Virus record (IMG/VR): IMGVR_UViG_3300046003_007892
Coordinates: 124,001 to 188,000 of that record
Direction: 5' to 3' (one strand)
DNA: 64,000 nt
The notes below the pieces were generated by a model, which saw only the letters and a program-made list of their open reading frames with translations, did no database searches and was not told the DNA's origin. Both the position numbers and the translations under genes were made by a program. Shown one piece after another: positions 35,710-44,648 of the stretch. Positions within the stretch are counted from its first letter, which is position 1, and each line of letters opens with the position of its first letter.

Positions 35710-36480
35710 GTGCGCATAGCGGTATGTATATCTGGGCAGTTGCGAAACTGGGACCAATGCGGAGCATGGTGGGAACCTCTGTTCTCCCATCTCGCCCCCA
35801 CGTATGACGTCTTCGTCCACACCTGGGATTACCGCACGGAGCCGGGCAGCACGGTCTCGGCCCCGGTCTCCGATATCGAACTCGCCGCCTTTCGGGATTG
35901 CTTTGACCCAGTCGCCATGCAGGTTAGCCCTGCGGCCGATTATGCGTGGCTGGACGAACGAGCAGCCAGGATTCCCAACACCTGCCACCTCGTCACACCC
36001 GGACGACCATCGACCCAGCACGCCAGCCAGTTCGATTCGATGCGGCGAGCCTTCCATCTCAAACGAGAGCACGAGATCGCCGAGGGGTTCCTCTACGACA
36101 TCGTCATACGCGCCCGCACAGACATTCGCATAACCAAGCCCCAGCCCCTTGCGGCTCCAGGACGCGACACCGTCATGGGTGAACTGTTCCGTCGTCTTGC
36201 GTGGCGGCACACCCATTTCTCCGACCGTTTCTTCATCTCCGATTCGGTGACGGCGGACAAGATCGGCAACGTCTTCGCTGCCCTCCCCATGATTCGCTCC
36301 GGCGTTTTCTTTGAACCCGACAAGGACATCACGCCCGAGACCGTTCTGCATTTCTACCTTCGAATGCTGGGACTCAAAATTCAATCTATCGACGTCGCCA
36401 CCCGCCTCGTTCGATCATCTCAATACGCCGCCGCCCAGTGCGAGCTTGGGCGCGGACTGGGAGCCCATGAAACGATCTAG
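35710..36480 (+). CDS. Putative glycosyltransferase-like protein
   Basis: RIAVCISGQLR...DVFVHTWD...YDIVIRARTD...SDRFF. Confidence 0.7.
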   Translation: MRIAVCISGQLRNWDQCGAWWEPLFSHLAPTYDVFVHTWDYRTEPGSTVSAPVSDIELAAFRDCFDPVAMQVSPAADYAWLDERAARIPNTCHLVTPGRPSTQHASQFDSMRRAFHLKREHEIAEGFLYDIVIRARTDIRITKPQPLAAPGRDTVMGELFRRLAWRHTHFSDRFFISDSVTADKIGNVFAALPMIRSGVFFEPDKDITPETVLHFYLRMLGLKIQSIDVATRLVRSSQYAAAQCELGRGLGAHETI

Positions 36481-37183
36481 AATTGCCGTCTGCCTATCGG
36501 GCCAGCCCCGCACGTGGAAGACCTGTGCGGCCAACATTCGAGCTTTCTTCGACCCGGCCGGAGACGTGGATTATTTCATCTCGACCTGGACGCGGAACAC
36601 ATGGTGGAACGACGGTCAGGCGTACCTCGAAGATGCCGACACTGAAGGACTATCTGAGGCTTTCAACCCTGTTGCTCTACGGATTGAACCCCTGCCTAAG
36701 AAATTCGGATGGAACGGTCTATTCGATTCGTTCACTTCTAGTGTGCATGATAAGAAAAGTCATGAAATCGCGAACTCTTTCCTGTATGATGTTGTAGTAA
36801 AAGGCCGGTTGGATTGCGTATTTGATCCTCGCTTGACGTTCAAGCCCGGCGCAGTAGAGTCCATGACCGCCTATTCTGTAAATCATATGGAGAGAATGCC
36901 CCACGAATACTATGGGGCCAATTTCTCCGACATGTGGTTCCACTCTGGAACCATGGAGATGGACATCCTCGCCGACTGCATGCGGGATGCCGACATCATC
37001 GAGCACGAGGACTACGGCCCCGGAGTTCTTCTCTGGAACCACATGACCAAGTATCGCATCCATCCAAGCTATTCTCCCGCGATGGTGCACAACACCATCG
37101 TCCGCAAGGAGTTCGAGCATCTCGACGGCCTCGTGGATTACGAGGAGATCAGGGACCGCTTCAAGGGCTGGGTGGGACGATGA
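36467..37183 (+). CDS. Putative glycosyltransferase-like protein (paralog)
   Basis: RIAVCLSGQPR...DYFISTW...YDVVVKGRLD...SDMWF. Confidence 0.7.
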   Translation: MKRSRIAVCLSGQPRTWKTCAANIRAFFDPAGDVDYFISTWTRNTWWNDGQAYLEDADTEGLSEAFNPVALRIEPLPKKFGWNGLFDSFTSSVHDKKSHEIANSFLYDVVVKGRLDCVFDPRLTFKPGAVESMTAYSVNHMERMPHEYYGANFSDMWFHSGTMEMDILADCMRDADIIEHEDYGPGVLLWNHMTKYRIHPSYSPAMVHNTIVRKEFEHLDGLVDYEEIRDRFKGWVGR

Positions 37184-38766
37184 CCGAGACTGTAGTCATC
37201 CTCGCTGCGGGATACGGGAGCCGCATGGGACCCTACGCGGACAAAATCGCCAAGACCCTCTTGCCGGTCGGCCAGAAAGCTGTGGTGAGTCACATCATCG
37301 ACCGCTTCGACCCCCAGACCCATTTCGTGATCGCGGTCGGTCATCTCGGGACGCAGATCAAATCCTATATCGCGATGGCGCACCCTCGGCTCAACGTCAC
37401 CTTCGTGGACGTCGATATCACTGCGGCGCCCGACTCCACTTTCGGACCAAACGCGGCCGGTCCCGGCACCACCCTCTTGGCCTGTCGCCCCGACCTCGGT
37501 GAAGGCCCGTTCTTTCTCGTGACCGGAGACACCCTGTTCGAACTTCCCGCCGACCTGACGGGCAACTGGGTTGGCATTCAGCACGTCGATGATCAGACCG
37601 AATACTGCAATGTCGTCCTCGACGGCGACATGGTCATAGAGGTGGCGGACAAGGTCGAGAAACCAGGAAGCATGGCCTGGACTGGTCTTGCCCACATCGA
37701 AGATCACAGCTTCCTCGACAAGCTCGACTACGCGTCAAACACCGGCCTTCCGCCTAGCGTGGTCAGATGGTTGAACGTGCGGACCAACCAGGAGAACTCC
37801 CTCTCGCGGGGTATCCGCCACCTGACCGATATGGGCACCCTCAAAGGACGTTGCCATGAGTGGTCGGACACGGGCACCTATGCGAAATACCGAGCAGTCG
37901 CAGGGGCAGAGGGGACATTCGCCTTCGAGAAAGAGGGTGAGTTCCTCTATCGGGTCGGAGATAGAATCGTAAAATATTTTGAGAATCCCAAGATTGCCTA
38001 TGATCGCGTCTGCAAGGCGACCATGCGGGAGGACGTCTTCCCCAAGATCGTCGGCTCCAGTGGGTCCTTCTATGCATACGAGTTCGTCCCCGGCCGGACC
38101 CTATACGAAGGTCTGACGCCGGGGCGTTTCATTGAACTCACCCTCTTTCTTCACGACCGGGTCTGGGACCCCAACGGCGACCCCGTGCACCCAACGCTCG
38201 TTCATGATTTCTATGTCCGCAAGACTGAAGCTCGTCTCGCGGCCTTCATGGAACGGAACCCCGATTTCGAAGAGGCCGAGTGCGTTAACGGTTTCGAAGT
38301 CAGACCCATCGCGGAACTCCTTCTGACCATTCCCGCGCACGAGGGCGTGAAGTCTTTCATCCACGGTGATTTGCAGTTCGACAACATCATCGACGACGGA
38401 ACAAAGTTCACCCTGATTGACTGGCGGCAGGATTTCGCAGGCCGGGTCGAGTACGGCGATCTCTACTACGATTTCGCAAAACTCCTGGCTGGCATATGGG
38501 TGGATTTCAGAGCCGTGAAAACCATTCAGCCAACCGTGGACGGTGGTCGAACGACAACCCTGTCATGCTTGCCGTCGATTGGTAACACGCTCGCCTACGC
38601 GTCGATTCTACAGGCAGCGGCGGCGCGGTATGATCTGGATTTCGCTGTCGTGAAAAAAATCACCGGCCTCATCTACTTGAATATGGCGGGACTCCACAAC
38701 AATCCGCTAGACTTGTATTTCTACAGTCTAGCTCAAGTGGTCCTCTCCGGTTATGATCTCGCGTAA
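37180..38766 (+). CDS. Nucleotidyltransferase + APH/choline-kinase-like fusion
   Basis: ILAAGYGSRM...KTLLPVG; IHGDLQFDNII...LIDWR...GDLYYDFAKL. Confidence 0.88.
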   Translation: MTETVVILAAGYGSRMGPYADKIAKTLLPVGQKAVVSHIIDRFDPQTHFVIAVGHLGTQIKSYIAMAHPRLNVTFVDVDITAAPDSTFGPNAAGPGTTLLACRPDLGEGPFFLVTGDTLFELPADLTGNWVGIQHVDDQTEYCNVVLDGDMVIEVADKVEKPGSMAWTGLAHIEDHSFLDKLDYASNTGLPPSVVRWLNVRTNQENSLSRGIRHLTDMGTLKGRCHEWSDTGTYAKYRAVAGAEGTFAFEKEGEFLYRVGDRIVKYFENPKIAYDRVCKATMREDVFPKIVGSSGSFYAYEFVPGRTLYEGLTPGRFIELTLFLHDRVWDPNGDPVHPTLVHDFYVRKTEARLAAFMERNPDFEEAECVNGFEVRPIAELLLTIPAHEGVKSFIHGDLQFDNIIDDGTKFTLIDWRQDFAGRVEYGDLYYDFAKLLAGIWVDFRAVKTIQPTVDGGRTTTLSCLPSIGNTLAYASILQAAAARYDLDFAVVKKITGLIYLNMAGLHNNPLDLYFYSLAQVVLSGYDLA

Positions 38767-39223
38767 GCCCCAGCATCTCATCTTCGACGTCGATGGCGTA
38801 TTCACTGACGGGAAGTTCTACTACACCGCTGACGGCAAAGTCATGAAGGCGTTCTGCTGCCAGGATAGCGATGGTCTCAGAGACCTCATGGGCGAGTTCA
38901 ACATCCATCTCATCACCGCCGACAAGAACGGCTTCGAAATCTCTCAGGTGCGGGCCAAGGATATGGGATTCCCCATCCATCTGGTCCCCAACGCAGACCG
39001 TGCCGCGCACGTTGCCCACTACGTCAAGTTCGGTGGTGCGATCTTCATGGGTGACTCGATGACGGACATCCCGGCCCTCAGGGAGGCCACCTACGCCATC
39101 GTCCCCAAACAGTCCCGCATCGAAGTCCGCGATGAAGCCGACTACGTGACCGCCTACGCTGGCGGAGAGGGCGCCGTCTTGGACGCCTGCCTGCATCTGA
39201 AAGAGAAGTTCCGAGCCCGCTAA
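38753..39223 (+). CDS. KdsC/YrbI-family HAD sugar-phosphate phosphatase
   Basis: IFDVDGVFTDG, KAF...D..G, FMGDSMTD. Confidence 0.88.
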   Translation: MISRKPQHLIFDVDGVFTDGKFYYTADGKVMKAFCCQDSDGLRDLMGEFNIHLITADKNGFEISQVRAKDMGFPIHLVPNADRAAHVAHYVKFGGAIFMGDSMTDIPALREATYAIVPKQSRIEVRDEADYVTAYAGGEGAVLDACLHLKEKFRAR

Positions 39224-39226
39224 ATA
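39220..39226 (+). promoter_or_regulatory. Late promoter, leaderless configuration
   Basis: CTAAATA-TGGC-ATG; the TAA is the upstream stop. Confidence 0.7.
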
Positions 39227-39230
39227 TGGC

Positions 39231-39740
39231 ATGCGATATGCCGAACTGAGCGAGAAGTGGGTTGGGGCCGTCAAGACCAAATGGTCCAACGATCACATCG
39301 ACCTCTACATGGACCCGTCGCGGGCTGAGTTCATGAAACTCATGAAGGAATGGGGCACCGCCGCCCGCGCACTCGTGTCCACGCAGGGCAACCTTCTTTT
39401 CTGGCATATGGACCAAGCCCTCCACAGCGAGGCCGCAATGTCGATTGAAGGTCACGCCTGGGTCCCCGCCCATCTTGTCCTGTATCCGCCCGGCAACGAA
39501 TGTTCGATCATCATCAACGAGTTCGAGAACTTCATGTGGGATGACGACTTCGATGACGCCAACGGCGGTGGCTATAAACCCCTGCTGACCCGCGTCGTCT
39601 CGACCCTTCAGGCCAACGAGCATCTCCAGCGCATCTACGGCACGGTCGAACTCTGGGGTCTCGCCGAAGACCGTGGTCTCGACAATCCCTACATCGCCAT
39701 CACGCCGGAATGGCTGGCTGCCAACGTGGTGAAGAAATGA
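39231..39740 (+). CDS. Putative internal head protein (domain shared with 41296..42525)
   Basis: MRYAELSE; LYMDPS...ARAL...FW...ALH. Confidence 0.7.
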   Translation: MRYAELSEKWVGAVKTKWSNDHIDLYMDPSRAEFMKLMKEWGTAARALVSTQGNLLFWHMDQALHSEAAMSIEGHAWVPAHLVLYPPGNECSIIINEFENFMWDDDFDDANGGGYKPLLTRVVSTLQANEHLQRIYGTVELWGLAEDRGLDNPYIAITPEWLAANVVKK

Positions 39741-40294
39741 AGTTCGACGACATCCTCCTCCATGAAGCGGTCGGCGACGACTACCTCTATCACGGCACCG
39801 ACTGCGACAACGCCGAGAGCATCCTGCACGCCAACGTCCTGCGCGGAGAGACCGATCACCATTCCACCACCCTGATGCCCATCAAGGGTTTGAACCGGGC
39901 CCACCCCCTGCCATTCCGGGCCAAGGAGGTCGAGCAGAACGGCCGAGTTTGGGGAGTGTCGCTGACCAGGAGCCTGAGGTTCGCCCGGCAGTGGACATCC
40001 GGCTGGGGTGCCGTCTTCGTCCTAGATCGGAAGAAGCTGGCAACCCGTCATCGGTTCGTCCCCATCGACTACGACAAGAATCGCCGCGAGGCCGAGGAGT
40101 TCCTTCTCGGGAGCATCGAGAGCCTTGATGACTTCCTGGTCCGCATCGAGATCAGCGGCGAAGCACACGAAACCCTTCTGGAAGCCAACGAGGATTTTCT
40201 CGACGGTCAGAAGCCCAACGAACTTCTCCTCGCGCACCCCAAGCTTGTCGTGGTCGGCAAGGCGTGGAACATCAATGGGATGGTGAATACCTAG
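39737..40294 (+). CDS. ART-like putative head protein
   Basis: MKFDDILLHE; YLYHGT, VSLTRS..FA, EAEEF. Confidence 0.65.
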   Translation: MKFDDILLHEAVGDDYLYHGTDCDNAESILHANVLRGETDHHSTTLMPIKGLNRAHPLPFRAKEVEQNGRVWGVSLTRSLRFARQWTSGWGAVFVLDRKKLATRHRFVPIDYDKNRREAEEFLLGSIESLDDFLVRIEISGEAHETLLEANEDFLDGQKPNELLLAHPKLVVVGKAWNINGMVNT

Positions 40295-40596
40295 TCGCGA
40301 GGCGGCACATAGAAGCCGTAGCGAATGCGCTCCCGGCGAATTTGCTCGTCGGCCATCGCCTGCTCGTCGTTGAGGTCTTTGTAGATGCCCCAGCGAAGAA
40401 CCCGCCACATTCCACTACCGAGTTTCTCGACCATCGCCTGAGCTTCCTCCTGCGAGCAGAAGCCAGCATAGACGGAGTTGGTCCCGGCACCAACGACGTA
40501 GATGCCGTTGCGGTCCTGCCACTCGGTCCAGGTCCCCTTCACGATCTTGTCGTTCGGGGTCATGCTCTGTTCGACGATGTCTATGATTTCGCGCAT
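40291..40596 (-). CDS. Hypothetical protein with head-cargo-like N-terminus
   Basis: MREIIDIVE. Confidence 0.65.
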   Translation of the reverse strand: MREIIDIVEQSMTPNDKIVKGTWTEWQDRNGIYVVGAGTNSVYAGFCSQEEAQAMVEKLGSGMWRVLRWGIYKDLNDEQAMADEQIRRERIRYGFYVPPRD

Positions 40597-40603
40597 ACCG
40601 CCT

Positions 40604-41299
40604 TTAAGCAGTGTAGGTAATATTTGTCAAGTTAATAGGTTTCTCATTGAGGAGATCGTATCTCTCGATCACGCTCTGAACAAACAGGGGAGAACCCTTG
40701 AGGACGCGAAGTTCGTATTCGTTCTCGCCGGTTTCCCAATCCATCCCGGCCATGATGGTGTGGTGCCAGTCAATGTGGGATGGGTCTACGACGGCGTGGA
40801 TGACCACGTTGACGCCTTCGGACTTGAGATCGCTCCAGACGGGTTCGAAATCCCAAGCATGGGGGTCGTAGGTCCAGTAGATGCCCAAGCTGGTCTGGCC
40901 GATGCGCTGGACGGTAGCCGCCCAGTTGGTCGGGACCTTCATGATGCGGTGGATGGAATACAGGCCGGAATGTTTCTCAATAGCGGTCAGGCGTGCGATG
41001 ACCTCGTCGTAGCGATTGTCGCACCACCACATCGCAAACGCACGGAACTCCGGCGTATCCTGGACGTCGATATCTTCCATGTCCGCGAATTGATCGGGGA
41101 ACGGATAGTTGAAATCACCCTCTCGCCAGTATTCAATCATGCGTGCGCCATTGTCGGAACCCTGGAACTTGCCCGGATAGGCCGCATGCGCTTGATCATC
41201 CCAGAAGAGACCCTGAACGAGGCTGTCCGTCATCTTGGCGCAGATGGCAGCCTTGTCCGTGGCGCCGACGCTTTCCGCGAGCGTGATCAAATGTCTCAT
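40604..41299 (-). CDS. ART-like putative head protein
   Basis: MRHLITLAE; IHRIM, SLGIYWT, ENEYEL. Confidence 0.65.
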   Translation of the reverse strand: MRHLITLAESVGATDKAAICAKMTDSLVQGLFWDDQAHAAYPGKFQGSDNGARMIEYWREGDFNYPFPDQFADMEDIDVQDTPEFRAFAMWWCDNRYDEVIARLTAIEKHSGLYSIHRIMKVPTNWAATVQRIGQTSLGIYWTYDPHAWDFEPVWSDLKSEGVNVVIHAVVDPSHIDWHHTIMAGMDWETGENEYELRVLKGSPLFVQSVIERYDLLNEKPINLTNITYTA

Positions 41300-42525
41300 C
41301 GGAACTCGTAGGGACGCAGTCCCGAGAAGAGTTTCTTGAAGGCCGGGTTGGCGAGCATCTGAGCGGCCGAGTGCTTCGGCACGTAGACGAACACGTCGCC
41401 GGTCGTGAAGAAGGCCATCTTGGAAGTTCCGCCGATTTCGCCCGCCGCATCGCCGAGGAGTTTGTCGAAGTCCGTGGCGGCCATGAAGGGAGCAACGGTG
41501 GTGATGTCGTCGGTCATCTGACGGTAAATCTGTTGGTGGATGGCTGAGTTGGCGTCCCAGATATAGACCGACGCCCCGAACGTGACGCCACGGACGAGGC
41601 CGTATTTGGCGTTAGCGATGAGGCTCCTGGTCGTGTTCGGTGTGGGGTCGATATGAACGATGACTTCGCGGTCCCGGACATCGAACTTCTCCATCCGTTC
41701 CGTCAGGGGGCGAGCCGATTTTCGCAACATCAAATCGCTGTCGGCGTCGAACTCAAATCCGAGACGTTCATACCAGCTTTCAAGATCGATCTGGCCGAGC
41801 GCATTCGTGTTGTCGTCCTCGGCGTTTCCGAACTCGACATCCGATCTAGGGAACAACTCCAGGTCCACGCTGAGTTGATCAGCCGTCCGCATAAGGTCGG
41901 TCATGATCTGGCGACCCTTCCCATCATGGCGTTCGCCAGCCGGAACATGGAGCCATCGAATTTCTACGGTGTCGTGGTTGAGCGCAATGAGCTTCAGGTT
42001 GCTGCGGTGATATTTTTCCGCCATCGCCTTGATGAGCGCAGCAGCGTTGCCGGTGTTCTCGATCAGGGAGCGTTTCATCTCCTCAGAGACGTCGATGATG
42101 CGCGGATTGAACATTCGCTGGAACGCCGGGTTGCCCATCAGGTCGCCCTCGGCACCAGCGGCGACATAGAAGAAACCGACCTCGGGGTCTTCGATGAAGG
42201 TGAAGAAGTTGGCCTTCTCGTATTCCCGACGCGCATCATCGACCACCGTTTGGAGATCAAAGCCCATCATGAACAGGCGGACCTCGTGGAACTGGTCTGT
42301 AACCTGACGCCAGATGTCGGCGTGGATAGCCTTGCTGGCATCCCAGAAGAAAATGTCGTTGTTGACCGCAAAGCCACGCACCATGCCGAACTGCGCATTG
42401 GCCAGCAGGGCTTCCAGCGTGTTCGCGGTTGGATTGCTGTGCACGACAACGTCGCGGCCACGAACATCAAACTGTTCGGCGCGCTCCGTGAGGTCGGACT
42501 CAGCGAGAGATATGAACTGACGCAT
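41296..42525 (-). CDS. Putative head polyprotein: repeat domain - GNAT - repeat domain
   Basis: MRQFISLAE; WLHVPAGERHDGKGRQIM...WYERLGF (GNAT); two copies of LTER..FDVR.R.V.VH..PT.NT...L.ANA..G.VRG. Confidence 0.78.
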   Translation of the reverse strand: MRQFISLAESDLTERAEQFDVRGRDVVVHSNPTANTLEALLANAQFGMVRGFAVNNDIFFWDASKAIHADIWRQVTDQFHEVRLFMMGFDLQTVVDDARREYEKANFFTFIEDPEVGFFYVAAGAEGDLMGNPAFQRMFNPRIIDVSEEMKRSLIENTGNAAALIKAMAEKYHRSNLKLIALNHDTVEIRWLHVPAGERHDGKGRQIMTDLMRTADQLSVDLELFPRSDVEFGNAEDDNTNALGQIDLESWYERLGFEFDADSDLMLRKSARPLTERMEKFDVRDREVIVHIDPTPNTTRSLIANAKYGLVRGVTFGASVYIWDANSAIHQQIYRQMTDDITTVAPFMAATDFDKLLGDAAGEIGGTSKMAFFTTGDVFVYVPKHSAAQMLANPAFKKLFSGLRPYEFR

Positions 42526-43064
42526 TACTCGTCTTCATGCCACGTCTGGGGATTGCCGTAGAAATGGCGAATCTGTTGTGCATCAGCGGGGTCCTGCATG
42601 TCAAACACTGCTTGACGGGACAGTCCCTCGACGTTCTTCAACCATCCATCCACGATGAAGCGATCATCTACCACGGCGAAGGCGTGACCGTCGCAATAGT
42701 CGGCCAGCGCGGATTCGTCGTTGTCCTCATAGTTGATTCCGCCTGCGCCATGCATCCAGAACCCCATTTTCTTGGCTCGCTCCGGTAGGGCGGCGACAAC
42801 GAAGCGGGCCCAACTATCACAGAACACGGCGGGGCCATGGTCTCCCATGACGTGTTGCCCGCCGCCCATGGCGTCGTATTCTTCATCGGAAAGATCATTG
42901 ATCTCGGGGGTGGACTCGTCGTGATCATCGAACTCGATGCTGTTTGGATAGTTGGACTCATCTCCGAAATAGTCTTCGAGTTCGGCCTTGACCTGGAGGG
43001 CCGTCTTAGGAGGCGTGGCGTCTCGGTGGCGAGCCATGGCTTCGAGGAGGTTGGCGTATCTCAA
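42525..43064 (-). CDS. Putative head protein
   Basis: TTG in TTGA overlap; RYANLLE; C...A...GHAF..VDD.FIVDGW could be a papain-like triad. Confidence 0.65.
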   Translation of the reverse strand: MRYANLLEAMARHRDATPPKTALQVKAELEDYFGDESNYPNSIEFDDHDESTPEINDLSDEEYDAMGGGQHVMGDHGPAVFCDSWARFVVAALPERAKKMGFWMHGAGGINYEDNDESALADYCDGHAFAVVDDRFIVDGWLKNVEGLSRQAVFDMQDPADAQQIRHFYGNPQTWHEDE

Positions 43065-43513
43065 CGGTTTTCTCCGATGCGGTCCCATAGGCCATCGAGT
43101 TTGCCACCGATGACCGTGCGGTAGAGGAACTGGTAGCCGTCGTCGCGGAGTTTATCGAAAGCCTGCACGTCTTCGTGCCGGTTATCGCAGATGAAATCTC
43201 CCCGGTCGGTGGTCACGCACAGGACGGCGTGACCCTCATTTTCTTCAGTCTTGCAGACAGTAAAGAGAAGCGCGGATGCGGGGAACCCCGCCTTGAGGAG
43301 CATGTCGAGTTTGTAGAGGGTGATGCCGTCACAATCCTCGATCTTGTCGCTAGCAACATCGCGCGGGAAATCCCAGCGTTCGATGACGCCCCAGGTCTCC
43401 TCGTCCGAGGTCCACACGACCTCATTGCCCAGACGATTGACGCGTCGGAGTTCAGCCCATGCCTTGGTGGTCAGGACGAGACGATTATTTCCATCAACGG
43501 TGTATTTCAGCAT
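43061..43513 (-). CDS. Transglutaminase-like cysteine peptidase (BTLCP/LapG-like)
   Basis: RVN...W...D...W...EDCDGITLYK...GHAVLCV.T..GD.ICDN. Confidence 0.85.
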   Translation of the reverse strand: MLKYTVDGNNRLVLTTKAWAELRRVNRLGNEVVWTSDEETWGVIERWDFPRDVASDKIEDCDGITLYKLDMLLKAGFPASALLFTVCKTEENEGHAVLCVTTDRGDFICDNRHEDVQAFDKLRDDGYQFLYRTVIGGKLDGLWDRIGENR

Positions 43514-43695
43514 TGTTCGAACTCCGGGTTGCGCTCGCAGAACTCTGTCGCCGCTGGGGGAGTTGTGACCCTGCCCTGCGTTTCCATGTGCTCAGCACAG
43601 GGCAGGCCGGGCTCTGGAGTGCAGTGATCGTATTTGGGTTGTTCAGTACAGCCCAAGACAAACAGCGTGGCGAGGATAGCAAAAGCAGCTTTCAT
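43507..43695 (-). CDS. Small lipoprotein
   Basis: MKAAFAILATLFVLGC lipobox; leaderless after CTAAATA. Confidence 0.75.
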   Translation of the reverse strand: MKAAFAILATLFVLGCTEQPKYDHCTPEPGLPCAEHMETQGRVTTPPAATEFCERNPEFEQC

Positions 43696-43700
43696 GCTGC

Positions 43701-43741
43701 TATTTAGACAAAGAAAATCCAGATAAGGTGGAGGATAAATA
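43701..43741. promoter_or_regulatory. Back-to-back late promoters
   Basis: TAAATA on minus strand at 43701-06 and on plus strand at 43736-41. Confidence 0.7.
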
Positions 43742-43769
43742 CCCAAAACACACCGTTTTGGAGAAACCA

Positions 43770-44267
43770 ATGTCTAAGAAACCCGCATGGCTCGAAGTAG
43801 CCGAACGTTACATCGGCACGAAAGAATATCCCGGCGCCGGAAACAACCCCGTCATCCTCCAGTGGGCCAGCAAGACCGCCCGCTTCCTCGGTATTTCCTA
43901 CAAACAGGACAGCGTGCCGTGGTGTGGCCTCTTCACTGCATTCTGCATCAACGAAGTAGGTCTGGTGCCGGTCAAGGTCGCGGTTCGCGCGTCCGAGTGG
44001 GCCAAGTTCGGCGTCGCCGTTCGGGAACCCGTTCTCGGAGCTATCGCGGTCTTCACCCGCGAGGGTGGTGGTCACGTCGGCTTCGTTGTCGGCCATGACG
44101 CCGACGCCCTGCACGTTCTCGGTGGCAACCAATCTGACGCCGTCAACGTCCAGCGTATCGCGAAGTCGCGCTGCTCTGCGATGCGCTACCCGGCCGGTCT
44201 CCCGACCCCGCGTCCGCTCGCACATTCGACCCTGGCTGATTCCCGTCTGAGCACCAACGAAGCCTAA
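43770..44267 (+). CDS. TIGR02594-family NlpC/P60-like peptidoglycan peptidase (endolysin candidate)
   Basis: WLEVA...GTKEYPG..NNP.I, PWCG.F, GGGHVGF, VLGGNQ. Confidence 0.9.
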   Translation: MSKKPAWLEVAERYIGTKEYPGAGNNPVILQWASKTARFLGISYKQDSVPWCGLFTAFCINEVGLVPVKVAVRASEWAKFGVAVREPVLGAIAVFTREGGGHVGFVVGHDADALHVLGGNQSDAVNVQRIAKSRCSAMRYPAGLPTPRPLAHSTLADSRLSTNEA

Positions 44268-44641
44268 TGCGCGATCTGATCAAGCTGGCCGAAGGCCTGC
44301 GGCTCCTGACCCTCTACCACGGCACCTGCGCGCACAACGCGAAGATGATCTGTAAGGATGGTTGGCAGCCGCATTCCGGGGCTCCCTACGGGGCCTCACA
44401 CGGCGGCCAGTCTGATTATCTCTACATGAGTACCGACGAGGAAGACGCTCTTTGGTTTGCCGAAGAGCAGGGCTGCACGACGGTCATTCAGGTCATCAAC
44501 GTCCCCATCGATTACTTGATAGTGGACCCCGAAGACGGTTGCTCTGAGACAGTCGAGGAAGAAATCTCGGGACCGTATCCGGGCAAGGTTGCTTTGACTC
44601 GCGCCCTTGGTCCCGAACACTTCATTCTTTCTCAGGTCTAA
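44267..44641 (+). CDS. ART-like putative head protein
   Basis: MRDLIKLAE; LYHGT, LYMSTD...A..FA. Confidence 0.65.
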   Translation: MRDLIKLAEGLRLLTLYHGTCAHNAKMICKDGWQPHSGAPYGASHGGQSDYLYMSTDEEDALWFAEEQGCTTVIQVINVPIDYLIVDPEDGCSETVEEEISGPYPGKVALTRALGPEHFILSQV

Positions 44642-44644
44642 ATA
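44638..44644 (+). promoter_or_regulatory. Late promoter, leaderless configuration
   Basis: CTAAATA-GCTG-ATG; the TAA is the upstream stop. Confidence 0.7.
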
Positions 44645-44648
44645 GCTG

